Positions 21,023 to 34,040 of a stretch of DNA of 64,000 nt are shown here, piece after piece. Each line of letters starts with the position of its first letter. Within the stretch, counting starts at the first letter, position 1. The stretch comes from Octopus sinensis (lineage: Eukaryota). Location of the stretch: the NCBI RefSeq assembly GCF_006345805.1, contig NC_043006.1:26288001-26352000 (forward strand). Direction: 5' to 3'. Made by a program: the position numbers and the translations under genes. The notes beneath the pieces are model-generated. The model did no database searches, was not told the DNA's origin, and saw nothing but the letters and a program-made list of their open reading frames with translations.

Positions 21023-23327
21023 ATTGACCCTGGCTATTTAACATTGCTGATTCAACACTGACATGCTTGACAGCAGAAGTTTTGTCCCTGGGACCTAGCA
21101 CCATGAAAAAATTTGTCTTTGTTTTAGTTGACAACTGTCTTGTAATCACAACTACTAAACTTTGTTTAACTTTCTGATTCACTTACTGTATGTCTTGGCA
21201 GAAGAAACATTGAAGAAATGTGGAAAAGAAAAATTTTCTCACAATGGATTTATGAACATCTTTTAACAAAGTAGAACTGATGGTAAATTTAAATTTTAGT
21301 GCTGTGAGTAGAAAAATCAAAGAAATATATTAAGATGTATTAAATGATCCTGTTTGCATGTGAGTGTTTCTTCCTTTATGAAGAGAGGATGTGTTTGTAG
21401 CATTGGGAACCACTCCTCTCTCTCTCTGTTTTATGTGTATGTTTCTGCTTATGTACACAATTAATAAACTGTAATATAACTCTCTCTTTCTCTATATGTG
21501 TCTATTTCTGTGTGTCTACCTCCAGTGCCAAAAAGTACTATCATCAAAACCAGATCAATATCCAGGCTAAGAAGAAACTGTAGTTTTTAAATTATCAAAA
21601 TTCGTCCAAGTTTCCATAAAGTGAAATTACAGACTATATTCCAAAGTTAGTGGCAATATTTTATCATTTCTATAAGCATGAAATCCATTAACATGTAACC
21701 ACAATATAGGACTGCCTGTATTTTGTTCTATTTTACCTTTATGCTACACCAGTTTTATGTGCATTTAAGTTCAATTGAAAATTCAAGATACATAATTCTT
21801 CTATGTTAGAATTTTTTTGTATATGACAGCACCAACTGACTAGTAAAACCAGCAACAGACTAGTATCCTAACCACGGTCAGGAGTATTTGCCAGTTGCTT
21901 AATCCTTTTGATACCAACCTATCTGAAAATACCTCTGGTTCTATGATACAAGCTCCCAATTTTGAAGTTATCTCAAAACCTTCCATTAGATTTTCTGTTA
22001 ATATATGTTCTAAACACTAGCTTAAAAATGAAAGTTATTTTAACAAATTCTTCATTATTCTAAAATTTAATTGAAACAAAGACTGACTAGTTTGATAGAA
22101 ATATGGCAACAAAAGTGTTAATGAAGAAAATTCATTTCATTATGTTGTGATACCATATGGTAATGACAAGAAAATAATTTTTAAATCCGCATTTTTTTCA
22201 CAACTAAACAGAAAACAATATGCTTGTGTAATAAATAATGAAAACTAACAAATGTTTGTTTTTTGTAAGTGGGTTGATGAGTCACAATTGCATCAAATAC
22301 ATTTCAATATCTTCTAGCCAAAATATTCTGTATTTATGATAACAGACCTTAAAATTGTTAAACAAAAATCAAGAAAGAAACAAAAACAAAGAAATGGTTT
22401 TAGATAAATGAAAATGAAAATTGCCAACTCACATAGGAGGAAGTTTCCATAATTGGTAGAGAACCTTGAGAGGCTACTTCCATAGCCTTATCAAGCAAAT
22501 AGACCAAAAGACATCGTGCAGAATTAAGTATCTCCAAAATCTGACTTAGGAATGTACTGTCATAATGAAGACTGCAATATCAACTCCTCTTAGCACCAAA
22601 CTCACATATACCTAGAGACAAAAAAAACAAAAAAACATAACAGATATAAAATGGAACAGTAAAATAAATTGTCAATAAGTTAGAAGAAAAATTTATGCAA
22701 AACATTATAAATCAATGACTTTAAAACAAGTTGTTGATTACATATAACAAATGTCACTTATTTTAAAACCAATGATTCTAAATAGAAGATATGTCTTGTC
22801 ATTGAATGCCCAAACATCATTAAGTGCGGAAGACTTGAAAGTCTATTTCTCAGGTAAATTCAATAAGACATGGGCTTTTTTTTCACTTTGTTTTTTACTT
22901 TTTAATCTAAAGAAGTGCAAAACAACATCAGGGTAGGTCAGGAGATTAGAATGTTCAATGCTTCAATTCTTGTAATTTTTTAGATGTTACTACAGGATGC
23001 AACTGTAGATATGAACTAATGGTATCTAAATGTGATTTACCAATGTAAACGGGTATAACTAATCTGAGAGGTATAATAGTATGTTAATATGTACATGAAC
23101 TGTAACAATGGGCAGGTACTCTATAACAATTTTGTGCTTCTAAAAGGAAAACCAATCACCTTGATGGAATTTTAGTTTTGATTAAATCTTTCCAGAAAAA
23201 GACCAAAAGAAATATTACAATGAACATCTATAAGAATTCCAGTGTTTGTTTTTTATGATTCTGATTTCCAATTTAAGTGTAAATAGGTTGTGATCTTCTG
23301 GTGTTGACAAAGAACGAAGTGGTGATG

Positions 23328-23357
<30 letters not shown>

Positions 23358-23359
<2 letters not shown>

Positions 23360-23568
23360 GGCAGTGAGCCGGCTGAATCATTAATACACTAAATGAAATG
23401 CTAAGCAGTATTTTGTCCATTGCTACATTCTGAGTTCAGATTCTGCCGGGGTTGACTTTGCCTTTCATCCTTTCAGAGTTGATAAAATAAGTACCAGTTG
23501 AACACTGGGGTCGATGTAATCGACTAGTCCCCTCCACCAAAATTGCTGCCCTTGTAGAAAAATTTGTA

Positions 23569-23603
<35 letters not shown>

Positions 23604-25035
23604 GGCAGCAAACTTGGCAGAACAATTAGCATGACAGACATAATGCTTAGTGGCATTTCATCTGTCCTTATATTCTAAGTTCAAATTTTGCTACAGTCAC
23701 CTTTGTATTTCATCCTTTTGGGATCAATGAAATAAATACTAGTGGAACCTTGGGGGTCAATGTAGCTGACTAGCCCTCTCCTCCCAAATTTCAGGCCTAG
23801 TACCTATAGTAGAAAGGATTATTATTATCATTATTATTACTATTATTATTATCGTTATGGTGGTGGTGGTGGTGGACTGGCAGAATCAGTAGATCTGCAT
23901 TCAAGTCATGCCAAGGTCAGTTTTGTTTTTATCTCTCTGTGGTTGATAAAATGAAGTAGCAATCAAATACTGGGATTGCTGGTATTGACTAATCCCCTCT
24001 TCTCAAAACTACTGGCTTTGTGCCAAAATTTGAAATTACTATTATTGAGGGTGCATGGCTTAGTGGTTAGGGTGTTGCATTCACAATCGCTAGATCGTGA
24101 TTTCAGTTCCTAGACTGGGTGGTGTGTTGTGATCTTGAGCAAAACACTTTATCTCACATTGTTTTGCAATCATTGCAATACCTGATGCATGGTACCCCTT
24201 ACACCTGTTCGGACAACATTGATTTGATGAAGAGAGCGAGCTAATGTGTGGCATGAACATTTGATCACTATAAACAAATCATTTGTGCAGGTCATTCAGC
24301 AAAAAGCTGAACTCTCATGCTGTTTTCAATGCGAAAGTCCATGATCATGATCGTTATTATTATTATTATGGCCTGGTGTATAGAGTAGAAAGGATTATTA
24401 TCTTTATTATTATTATTATTATTATTACTATTATTATCATATGTAGTTTTGAGATCCAATCCCACCAGAATCAACTCTGCTTTGCCTTTTTGGGGTCAAT
24501 AAAATAAAGCACCAGTCAAGTACTGGGGTTGATGTAACTGATTTACTTCTTCCCAACTAAACTGCTGGCTTTGTGCTATAATTAGAAAGAATAGTTACCA
24601 TTTGACAGAACTGTTAGCACGTCAGACAAAATGCTTAGCAGCATTTTTTCCTGCTATGTTCTGAGTTGAGACTCAGCTGAGATTGACTTTGCCTTTCATT
24701 CTTTCAAGAGTTAATAACATAAGTACCAGTCAAGTACTGGATTCAAAGTAATTAACTACAGGATTCCTCTAAATTTCAAGACTTATGCTTATATTAGAAA
24801 GAATTATTATCACGAAGGTAGTGAGCTTGGCAGAACCATTAGTATGCCAGACAATTTAGTGGGATATTGTCTGTCTTTACATTCTGAATTTAAATTCTGC
24901 TGAGATCAACTTTGCATTTCATCCTTTTGGGGTTGATAAAATAAGAACCTGTCGAGCACTGTGGTTGATGTAATTGACTTACCCTCTCCCCTAAAATCAT
25001 TGGCATTGTGCTAAATTTTGAAACTATTATTATAA
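23358..25035 (+). mobile_element. Head-to-tail array of ~7 tRNA-derived SINE copies separated by (ATT)n
   Basis: Units at ~23358, 23602, 23872, 24443, 24600, 24817 share GAGTTCAAATT..GACTTTGCCTTTCATCCTTT..AAGTACCAG..TGGGGT; a different tRNA-SINE with box A TGGCTTAGTGG at ~24046. Confidence 0.85.
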
Positions 25036-25246
25036 TTAATTTGTGAGTATTACTGGAAAATGTGCAGAAGTTAAAGTTACAAAATAGAAATGGTACATTG
25101 CTATCAAACATGGTTTCCAAACACAATGTTAGAAAATATGTCGCCATAAGGAGATTAAACTGAAGTTAAAATGATTAAGTTGTTAAACTTTATCTGTTAT
25201 CTTTACAATATTTAGTTCAAATAGCCTGGTCTCCAATCATCATTAA

Positions 25247-25464
25247 CCCTTTCATTACCAACCCGGCTGAAACCGGCTCTGGATCTTTAATATACATGTC
25301 TTGTTTTCGTAAATTTTGAATTAAAATCTTCCACCAAATCTTATTCATAATTTATGTTCCTAACACCAGCTTAATGATAAAGTTATTTTACTAAATTCTT
25401 TGTTATATTTAAAATAATTGAAAGAAACACAGGGCATCTCTAAATAAATTCAGTAATGAAAGGG
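25247..25464 (+). mobile_element. piggyBac-type MITE (subfamily A ends)
   Basis: TTAA-CCCTTTCATTAC ... GTAATGAAAGGG-TTTAA. Confidence 0.85.
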
Positions 25465-25924
25465 TTTAAGTATCTTATTTCTGGATGTGTCTAAAGTGTA
25501 GCAGATTATTTGAAATTAAGACTTGGTTCCAATCAGGAAATTTATTGTAAACAACAACTGAACCTTGCAAACTGAGTCGTTAAAAAATCTAGCCAATAGA
25601 ATTATATGTAAACAATTGCCAGACTAATTGAGTAATGATGTCACCACAAATCTTCCTAATCAGATTTGTTAAAACTGTTTGTTTTTTTTATTTCTAATTT
25701 TTCTTTTTGTTCTACCAGATTGTTACATTTGGCAATATCATGGTAATAATAAAATACCTTGTGAAGTGCTGAACATTGACTTGTCTTCATTTCATCAACT
25801 TCAGTATTTATTCCATAGTTACAACAATAACGAGCCTAGATTCAAAGTAGGAAGCTGTATTTCTAAACTATGAGAAATGACATTCCTATCCAATTGGCTA
25901 CTAACACAATTGTAGGTATTTTAA

Positions 25925-26144
25925 GCCTTTAGTGTTTAAACCGGCCATATCCGGCCCAAATATTCAACATGTTTTATATTTGAACTAGCCATATCTAGCC
26001 TCTCACACCTACCCAACAATGCTATTCTAAAAACACACAATCACATCATTGAAATCTCAAAGCCACAAGATAATGCATGATTAATTCAAAACAATTTGAG
26101 TGAAAAAGCATTACATTTAACAGAGTAATATGAAAATTAATGGG
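25925..26144 (+). mobile_element. piggyBac-type MITE (subfamily B ends)
   Basis: TTAA flanks; left end matches 10860, right end matches the 47365 end. Confidence 0.75.
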
Positions 26145-27049
26145 TTAAATTTACTTGGCAGCAATACTGAGCTGCCATAGGTAGATTTATTAATAGGATA
26201 TCTGGCAAGTGTCAAATATACTATTTCTTGATTTTTCTAAGTTTCTGCTGTGGTATAGTATCGATGATGGAAATTCCATTTAATTTCTTGCATCTTTATA
26301 TGTTCACCTATTCTGAAAATTAAGTGTTTTTCTTTTTAAGACTTTCTAATGTTTTCTATTAAAGAAGCCTTAAAGACCTCAAAGAAGACTCCAGTTTTTC
26401 CATTAGATGACCATGTGTGCTGTGCTTTTGACTACAAGCTATCTCTTTTAATTCTCAACACTTATGTTCTAAAATGAATTGTCAAATCAGCTCGTTTTAA
26501 ACAAATTAATATACAAAATAAAAGTTTAAGAGCAAAGTAATACCTCAGAGAAAATACTAAGAGAAAAACTGAAGGATTTATAAATTTGATGCAACTTAGT
26601 GGTTCCTTACAAGCTACACAGACCCCATCTCTCACAAATTCCAATATATAATCAGTGCTTAATGGTAAATTTTATGGAATACAGAAATATTCAGACAATT
26701 TTAGAGATAAATTTATGGAATACAACAATATTCACACAAAACTAGCCACCTTTTAACTAAAGACAAATATTGAAATACATATCCACCTTGACTCCTCCAC
26801 AACTTTCTTTAAATGGTTGGTCAAAGGGGACCATCCATGACCTCTCTGCAGGTCTCTATGATTTGTGTGTTAGTGGAATGAAAACCACATCTTGCAAGAG
26901 TACGAAGTAGCACATCAAGATATTGTGTCATCCTCGGGCCAGAGATCAGGTCTAGAAGCTTGCAACATAGTGGCCTGTGCTAAAAGTATGCAACCATCAG
27001 GAGATATTGTTACATGAGGGCAAAGAAAACAGACTTCTCAGAATGGTAG

Positions 27050-27195
27050 ACCCTTTTAATTCCATTTTTTAAAATCAATTCTTTTGAATTAATCATGCAT
27101 AATCTCACAGCTTTGAGATTTTGAGATCTGGCCAGTTTAAATATAAGACAGGCAGAATATTTAAGACAGATATGGCTACTTTAAGTGCTAAAGGG
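27050..27195 (-). mobile_element. Partial subfamily-B piggyBac MITE
   Basis: Reverse complement of 25925-26080; ends GCTAAAGGG-TTAA. Confidence 0.6.
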
Positions 27196-27539
27196 TTAAA
27201 ATAATCAAACAGCTTAGTTATTTCTAATCTTTTCTTCTAAGACCAAAACGGGAAATACAGTAGAATCCCACAAATGTAATATAGAAAATAGAAAAAGTTT
27301 GATTAACTAAGATCATCTATATAATTAGTAGATAAAAACTCTCACTGAGGACACTTAAAATCTAAAAACAAGTAAGGAAGGTAACTCTGGTAATTTCAGC
27401 TAATCTCAATCACTAGAAAATAAATAGGATGCAGATGGGAGAGGATCTTGTTTTTAAAGCCAGAAAGCAACACATACGTTTAAATCTTAGTTCTCTGCAA
27501 AACATATTCAATTCAGTGGGCAAAATTTACAAGTGATTA

Positions 27540-27575
<36 letters not shown>

Positions 27576-27699
27576 CTTAAATCCTTAAAAATGTTTCAAC
27601 TACTGTTGAATGTGCTACACTAGTATGTGAAATCACCTCTGATACATGGCACTTGGTCAACAAAGGAGTTCGAGTACTTAAGATTAGATTAGTGCTTCA

Positions 27700-29010
27700 C
27701 ACGATGCAGAAGACAACTGGAGGTTTCTACGGGACAACCTGCTGAGAGCCACTGACCAGATCTGTGGATGGTGCAAAGTCCCCTCTCAACCCAAGGTAAT
27801 ATGGTGATGGAACAATGTGGTTGACAGGGCTATTACAGAAAAGAAACAGGCTTGGAAGGACTGGAAGAACAGTGATAGCAGGGAATTGCATCAGACTGCC
27901 AGATGGGAAGCTAGGAGGCAGGTTTATATAGCCAGAGGGGAAGCAGATAAGAAAAAATTTGCCAATGTTCTGCGCCGTGAGAACCAAAGACTTGAGGTAT
28001 TTCATGTTGTAAGACAGTGTGTGAGAGAGAATCATGATGTCATAGGAGAGAAATGTGTCCACATGGATGATGGTTCACTTGCACTAAACGAGGCTGCAAA
28101 GAGAGAGGTTTGGAGACGCCACCATGAAAGGTTGTTCAATAAAGAGAATGAATGGGAGAAAGAGACTGTACCAAATGCTGACCCAACAGAGAGACCAGCT
28201 ATCTGAATTGACAGTACCTTAGTAGATAAAGCAATTAAGAGTATGAAAACAGGGAAAGCCCCCAGCCCATCAAGAATCACCGCAGAGATACTCAAAATAT
28301 TTGGCGGTGTCAGCTATAGCCTAGTCACTTGGCACGACCTTTAGAACATTAGGTCTCACCAAGGCAATGACTAGTGACTGAGACCTTTGGAAATATGCTG
28401 TGCATGAGAAGACCCAGGAAGCCAAGTGAGCCCATAACCTGTGGCCTATGCCAGTGGTGTAACCAGCCCATTTATGCGTACCTTTCCTTCATTGGACACT
28501 AAACTCTGCTTGTGAAGACCATTGGACACTAAACTCTGCTTGTGAAGACCTGTTGAGGAAATCAAAATCGAAATCAATTTCAATGACTGGCATCCATGCT
28601 AGTGGAGTGCTAAGAGCACCATTCGAGCGTGATCGTTGCCAGAGCAGCTGTCTTGCTTCTGTGACAGTGGCACGTAAAAAGCATCATTTGAGCATGATTG
28701 TTACCAGCGTCACCTTACTGGCACATGAAAAAATATTCGAATGAGGTCATTGCCAGTGCAGGTAGCACGTAAAAAACACCCTTTGAGTGTGGCTGTTGCC
28801 AGTACCACCTGACTGACTCTCATGGCAGTGGCATGTAAAAGCACCTACTACACTCTCGGGGAGTGGTTCGCGTTAGGAAGGGCATCCAGCTGTAGAAACT
28901 CTGCCAGATCAGATCAAAGCCTGGTGCAGCCATCTGGTTCGCAAGTCCTCAGTGAAATCATCGAACCCACGGCAGAATGGAAAGCAGACGTTAATCGATG
29001 ATGATGATGA
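27700..29010 (+). mobile_element. RTE LINE with RT deleted, full 3' UTR and (GAT)n tail
   Basis: VIGEKCV..DDGSLALNEAAKREVWRRHHERL; MKTGKAPSPSRITAEILK; jumps directly to the ORF end and 3' UTR; 30-bp tandem duplication at ~28490-28550. Confidence 0.88.
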
Positions 29011-29287
29011 TATATATATATATATATATATACATATGTATATATACACATATATACACAAATATACATACATACACATATATACACAAATATACATACA
29101 TACACATATATACACAAATATACATACATACATACATATATATACATAAATATACATACATACATACATATACATAAATATACATACATACATATATATA
29201 CATAAATATACATACATATATATACATAAATATACATACATACATATATATACATAAATATACATACATACATATATATACATAAAT

Positions 29288-29320
<33 letters not shown>

Positions 29321-29339
29321 CATACATATATACATAAAT

Positions 29340-29392
<53 letters not shown>

Positions 29393-29419
29393 AATACATA
29401 CATATATACATGTGTATAC

Positions 29420-29465
<46 letters not shown>

Positions 29466-29509
29466 TATATATATATACAAATACATACATATATACATGT
29501 GTATACCTG

Positions 29510-29601
<92 letters not shown>
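29011..29601. repeat. Compound (TA)n/(TACA)n/(CA)n microsatellite
   Basis: Direct inspection. Confidence 0.97.
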
Positions 29602-29899
29602 TAGAGAAAAACCTCAAACAATTCAATAATGAAAGATGCTATTCACCTCATATAGAAAACATATATTTGTAACCATCTTTTTCATTCATTTCCCCCCCCC
29701 CACATATATGTTTGTCTGTCCTTGTATTGTCCCTATTTGTTTAGGCCCTTGTAAGTAATAAAAAAAAAATTTTAATGTGTAACTCTTTGAAACTATGTTC
29801 ATCCTAAGATGCATATAGCGTGCATGAACTCCCGAAATGTCCATAGATGTTGGATGTTAAATTACCTATAACTGGTAAACTATAATGTTTCAAAAAATG

Positions 29900-31500
29900 A
29901 TGCACACTACTTAACGCTAACAACTTCCAGCAACAAAACTGAAGACTTTTCAGTTAGCATGTTGAAAATACTGAGAAAATGTTTCATTTTTATTCCAGAC
30001 AACCTATATGTCTGACGTCATCAAAAACAAAATGTGAAGATAAAAAAAAATAAGATGTAAAACAAATGGAGTCACTCAATGCTGGACCAACACAAAAAGT
30101 AGACAACACCACTGAACATCAATCCAATCTCAGCAAAATCCTATGAGTACTTCCTACCAAATCAATGATTTGCTCATGGTCACTTTTAACACACACATAC
30201 AGAAACGCATGCAAATGATATCACACTTTTTAAACATGTCATCCACATGCACCCTAATTATCACACTCTCTTTTCAGAAGCCTGAAAAAGCATTCAAGGT
30301 GGAGAGAACAAGTAAATCTCATCTTACACAGTACATAGACACAAATGATACACTATCATAGAAAGAGTCTTGCTGTACATACTCCCAGTAAACACTAAGA
30401 GTACACAATTTATGCCTTCTAGCTTGGTATAAAAATCTAAATTTCTCACAACCACCTCAGTCATATAAACCTTAACAAAACATCTTAGGTGGCAGAAAGG
30501 TCATTTCACTTACTGGTAAACATTCGCCAACAAACTACAACCAATATTTCTTCACTTTTTGATCCTCTTCCAAGAGGATCTCTGCCAACTTTGTAGAAAC
30601 TGCCTACACACCATGACTGTAATATTATTACTGATAAGGCTTCTATGTTTGTTACTGATTTAGCTTCTAATTCCACACTGTAAAGCTATATCTACTGAAG
30701 ACTTGCTCCCTTACAATAAATATCAGTGGACTGTTGCTCTTGAGAACTTCAGAGAAAATGCACAACAGAAGGCATAAATTGTGTGTTCTTACTGTCTAAT
30801 GGGAGTATGTAGTATATAACTCTTTTACAATAATAGTGTAACATTCTTGGCTTTGTACAACAATGGTTTCTTGCTCTTGGAAACTGTAATTGTTGCCTTT
30901 GACATTAGCAAAGCTTTCAACCACATCTACTCATTAAGACCCTAGCTAGTACCTTGCATATAAGCTATCTGTCTCTCCTATTATTCTAACATAGCTATCT
31001 CCAAACCATACAGATGCATATCCTTTCTGCAATACATAAATTACATTTTTTTTTATCACTCACATACACACACACTCCTATACAGATACTACCCTTCACT
31101 CCTTTATCTCCCAACATTCATAAGTTGAATGGATGTAGCCCGTGGATTTGCAAGCCAACCTCGTGTACATTTTTCCTTCTATACATAAATGACCTTCTCA
31201 CTGTTACTTTTAGTAATACACACTCTTATACAGATCCCACCCTGTATTTATTTTCCACGCAAAGGTTTCACTCCAGACATATGACTGTCTAGGACAACAA
31301 TCTCTGACCAAAACTGCTTGCTTATAGGCTACATCCAACTCTTAGATTAATATTCCTGTTAGATTACTCCACTGCTGCATGAAGCTAAGTTCTCTCCGAC
31401 CTATATTATCAACTCTGGTGTTCCCAAAGATTTGAATTTGTTACTCACGCTCTTCTAATATAGAAGACCTACTTAACAATATTTGCCATTGTTTTCCTGC
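29900..31500 (+). mobile_element. Highly decayed CR1/Jockey-type LINE fragments
   Basis: AFDISKAFNH, SGVP and LLYINDL-like RT motif remnants, several partial copies. Confidence 0.5.
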
Positions 31501-31599
31501 ACCTGTTGACAATTCAAGGGAAACATAATTGTACTGACTTTGAAAAAATCCTAAGGGGTTATGAGATTTTAATAACCTCATACAGTATACAGACAATAG

Positions 31600-32275
31600 C
31601 TACATTATTTTCAGCCCTGTAAAGCTCTCATCTCATGACGATCTTTCACGACAACTTTGCATATCATTGCCAAAACTGCATTTTCAAAACATCACGTCAA
31701 AAGGCATTGAAAAAATTTTCAGCAGGTCTCCACAAGCACGGAAATCCTTAAATCTCCTGGCAAATTCTTCCTGCACCCATTTTAACTCACTCACAAAGAA
31801 TTCCCCGATTTATGGCTGAAATGTGCGGCTGTTCCTGAAGGCGAGGAAAGTGAGCATAATTGCTGTCAGCAATTTGAGTAATCCACAAATCCAGTTTCTT
31901 TTGGAAAGCTGTCACCTCCCCAAACAAATTATGGATGAGTTTTTCTTTTCCTTGTAACTGCACATTCAACTCATTCAGCTTGTGTGTAATGTTCACCAGA
32001 TAGGCAAAATCATTCATCCATTTGTCATCATCAAAATTGATGCATAAATTTCTTTTTGCTTCAAGAAATGCTGCCACATGTTCTTGAATATTGTAAAAAT
32101 GTTTCAAAGTACATCCATGGCTGAGCCACCTGATCTCGGTAAAGTAAGGAATGCCAGAAAATTCGGCGTTTATCTCGAGAAAATTTTGAAATTGTCGATA
32201 ATTTAACGCGCGACTCCGAATGAAGTTGACAGCTTTCACAACATTATCCATGACATTGGGCAGCACTGCTTTAGT
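31600..32275 (-). mobile_element. hAT (SPIN/Buster, GTF2IRD2-like) transposase fragment
   Basis: VVKAVNFIRSRALNYRQF..EIRWLS..DFAYLVNIT.KLNELNVQLQG..FQKKLDLW. Confidence 0.88.
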
Positions 32276-32279
32276 GTTT

Positions 32280-32960
32280 AAGATCTTTACTGTCACATTT
32301 TGTCCATCAGGTATTTTGTAGCTATGTTGTGTTCTTAGATTGCAAAAATCATGCATACAGCTGATAGATAAGGCTAACAGAAATTGACTGAAATAAGAAT
32401 TCACAAAAATGGAATATTTCTGTCTCTCAAATAAATAAATAAAAAACACTCAAAATAAATATCAGAAATTCAGTTGCAAATGAACTTAGTAATGAACTCA
32501 AGAGCCACCAGCTTTGACTTTACGGTAAACTACCAAAACTATGAGGACTGCTGATGAAAAACACAAGTAAGTTACTTGCTCTTAAACACAAACTACAAGT
32601 AAAAAGCCCAAAGCTTTGTCATTCTAAGAAATTACAAGAAAATAAGAGTGAACTCTAAACTACAAGTTTGCAACAGCATAACTGCAATGCAAAAGACCAT
32701 ATCATCAAGTTTGTAAAGAGTCCTCCTCCCCAAAATGATCCGGAGTCATTCTGAGAGGAAATCTCAAAAATCCCTTAAAGTAACATTACTAAATGGAAAA
32801 ACACTTGGATAAGACCTGATAGCCAGTTACCTGTATAGGAAGTTCTGCATTCTACAAAGTTCTTAACCTATTCAAAAGAATAATGGATGGTGAATTCAAG
32901 GTGCCAGACTGGATGATAGTTGCAGAGACAGCACTTGTGTCTAGTGCTGTAAGGCATGGG
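32280..32960. mobile_element. Decayed non-LTR (R4/NeSL-like) fragments in two orientations
   Basis: VPDWMIVAETALV-like pre-RT motif on +; ~50-bp segment at ~32275-32330 (-) nearly identical to ~45715-45765 (+). Confidence 0.35.
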
Positions 32961-33499
32961 CACACTGAACAGTTGTCCAAGAGTCAGTCCCACAGGTCTA
33001 AGGGCCCAATACTTATCTACATATGTTTGTAAATTTTTATCAATAAATAAATAAATACAAAACTGAACTGTAAAAATATTTGTTAATAGAAAAAATATAT
33101 TTTTAGAATGAATATCTTAATTTTTAAAGTCAGATCATTTTTTTTTTTTGTTCACTTCTTGTATATAAATAAATTAAGAAAAGTCTTCAACTGAAATGAA
33201 GTATACAGATTTTACAGTGCAGAGAAAGAGAGGAGGAGGAGATGGGCAAACTTGCAAAAATAACAGCTTGGCTCAATTCAGGTACAACATAGGCCACTAG
33301 TACAGTCATCTATCTCCATTACTGCATAAAAATCATCCAGTTCCAACAGACATGCCTATAATATAACCTGTTCCTGCAGCTAAGAAAACTCCATAACAAG
33401 AAATACCCAAATCTACAAAAGCAAAAGAGCTGGGGACTATGAAACATTAGGAATACTAACACAGTTAATCAATAGATTCAAAGTGAGTTATTGTCAGAA

Positions 33500-34040
33500 T
33501 CATGAGAGTGACTTCTTAAATTCACAGAGTGTAAAATGGAACAAAACCCAGACAAAATATTTAACAAAGAACATATTCAAACATGAACTGCAGAATGGCA
33601 AGTGAGTATTCACTATCCTAAGGTCATTTCTACTGCTCTGTATATGACCTGTTGTCCAAGACAGAATCCCTTTATGTGAAAACACAATAATATTGTTGAA
33701 CATGGCAACAATTTGATTTGGCATCAAGGAACTGCATCAAGTGTAGTTTATTACTTAAATTTTATTCTTTAGGGCAAGAATACTGGCAGGAAGTATTGAG
33801 ACATATGGTTTCTATAATTAACTTTCTTGCATCCAAAGGTTTGCCATTTCATAAACATAATCAAATTATTAGGTTAGGAAAAAATGGAAACTGGGCAATT
33901 TAAAGCTTTTGAATAAATTTTACCGTTTTTTGGAAGAACATATCAAGCGTATGGAAGTCCTAGAAAAGGGAGCTTATTGCATGCATTATCAGTAAACATT
34001 TGTGAGGAATTTACTAAACTAATGGGTCATACTCTTTGTG
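33500..34040 (+). mobile_element. hAT (ZMYM1-like) transposase fragment
   Basis: YWQEVLRHMVSIINFLASKGLPF..GKNGN..FLEEHIKR..ICEEF.KLMG remnants. Confidence 0.65.

Noticed and set aside
22433-22611. Selenoprotein reading of the single in-frame TGA (KRS-U-YC)
   Set aside because: No recognisable selenoprotein fold or SECIS, and the phase-compatible neighbouring exon has a TAG stop.
28909-29626. Long ORFs rich in Y/I/M/C/V (also at 53459-53915, 55757-56287, 58130-58573, 60179-62406)
   Set aside because: They are translations of (TA)n/(TACA)n microsatellites, which lack stop codons in some frames; not genes.
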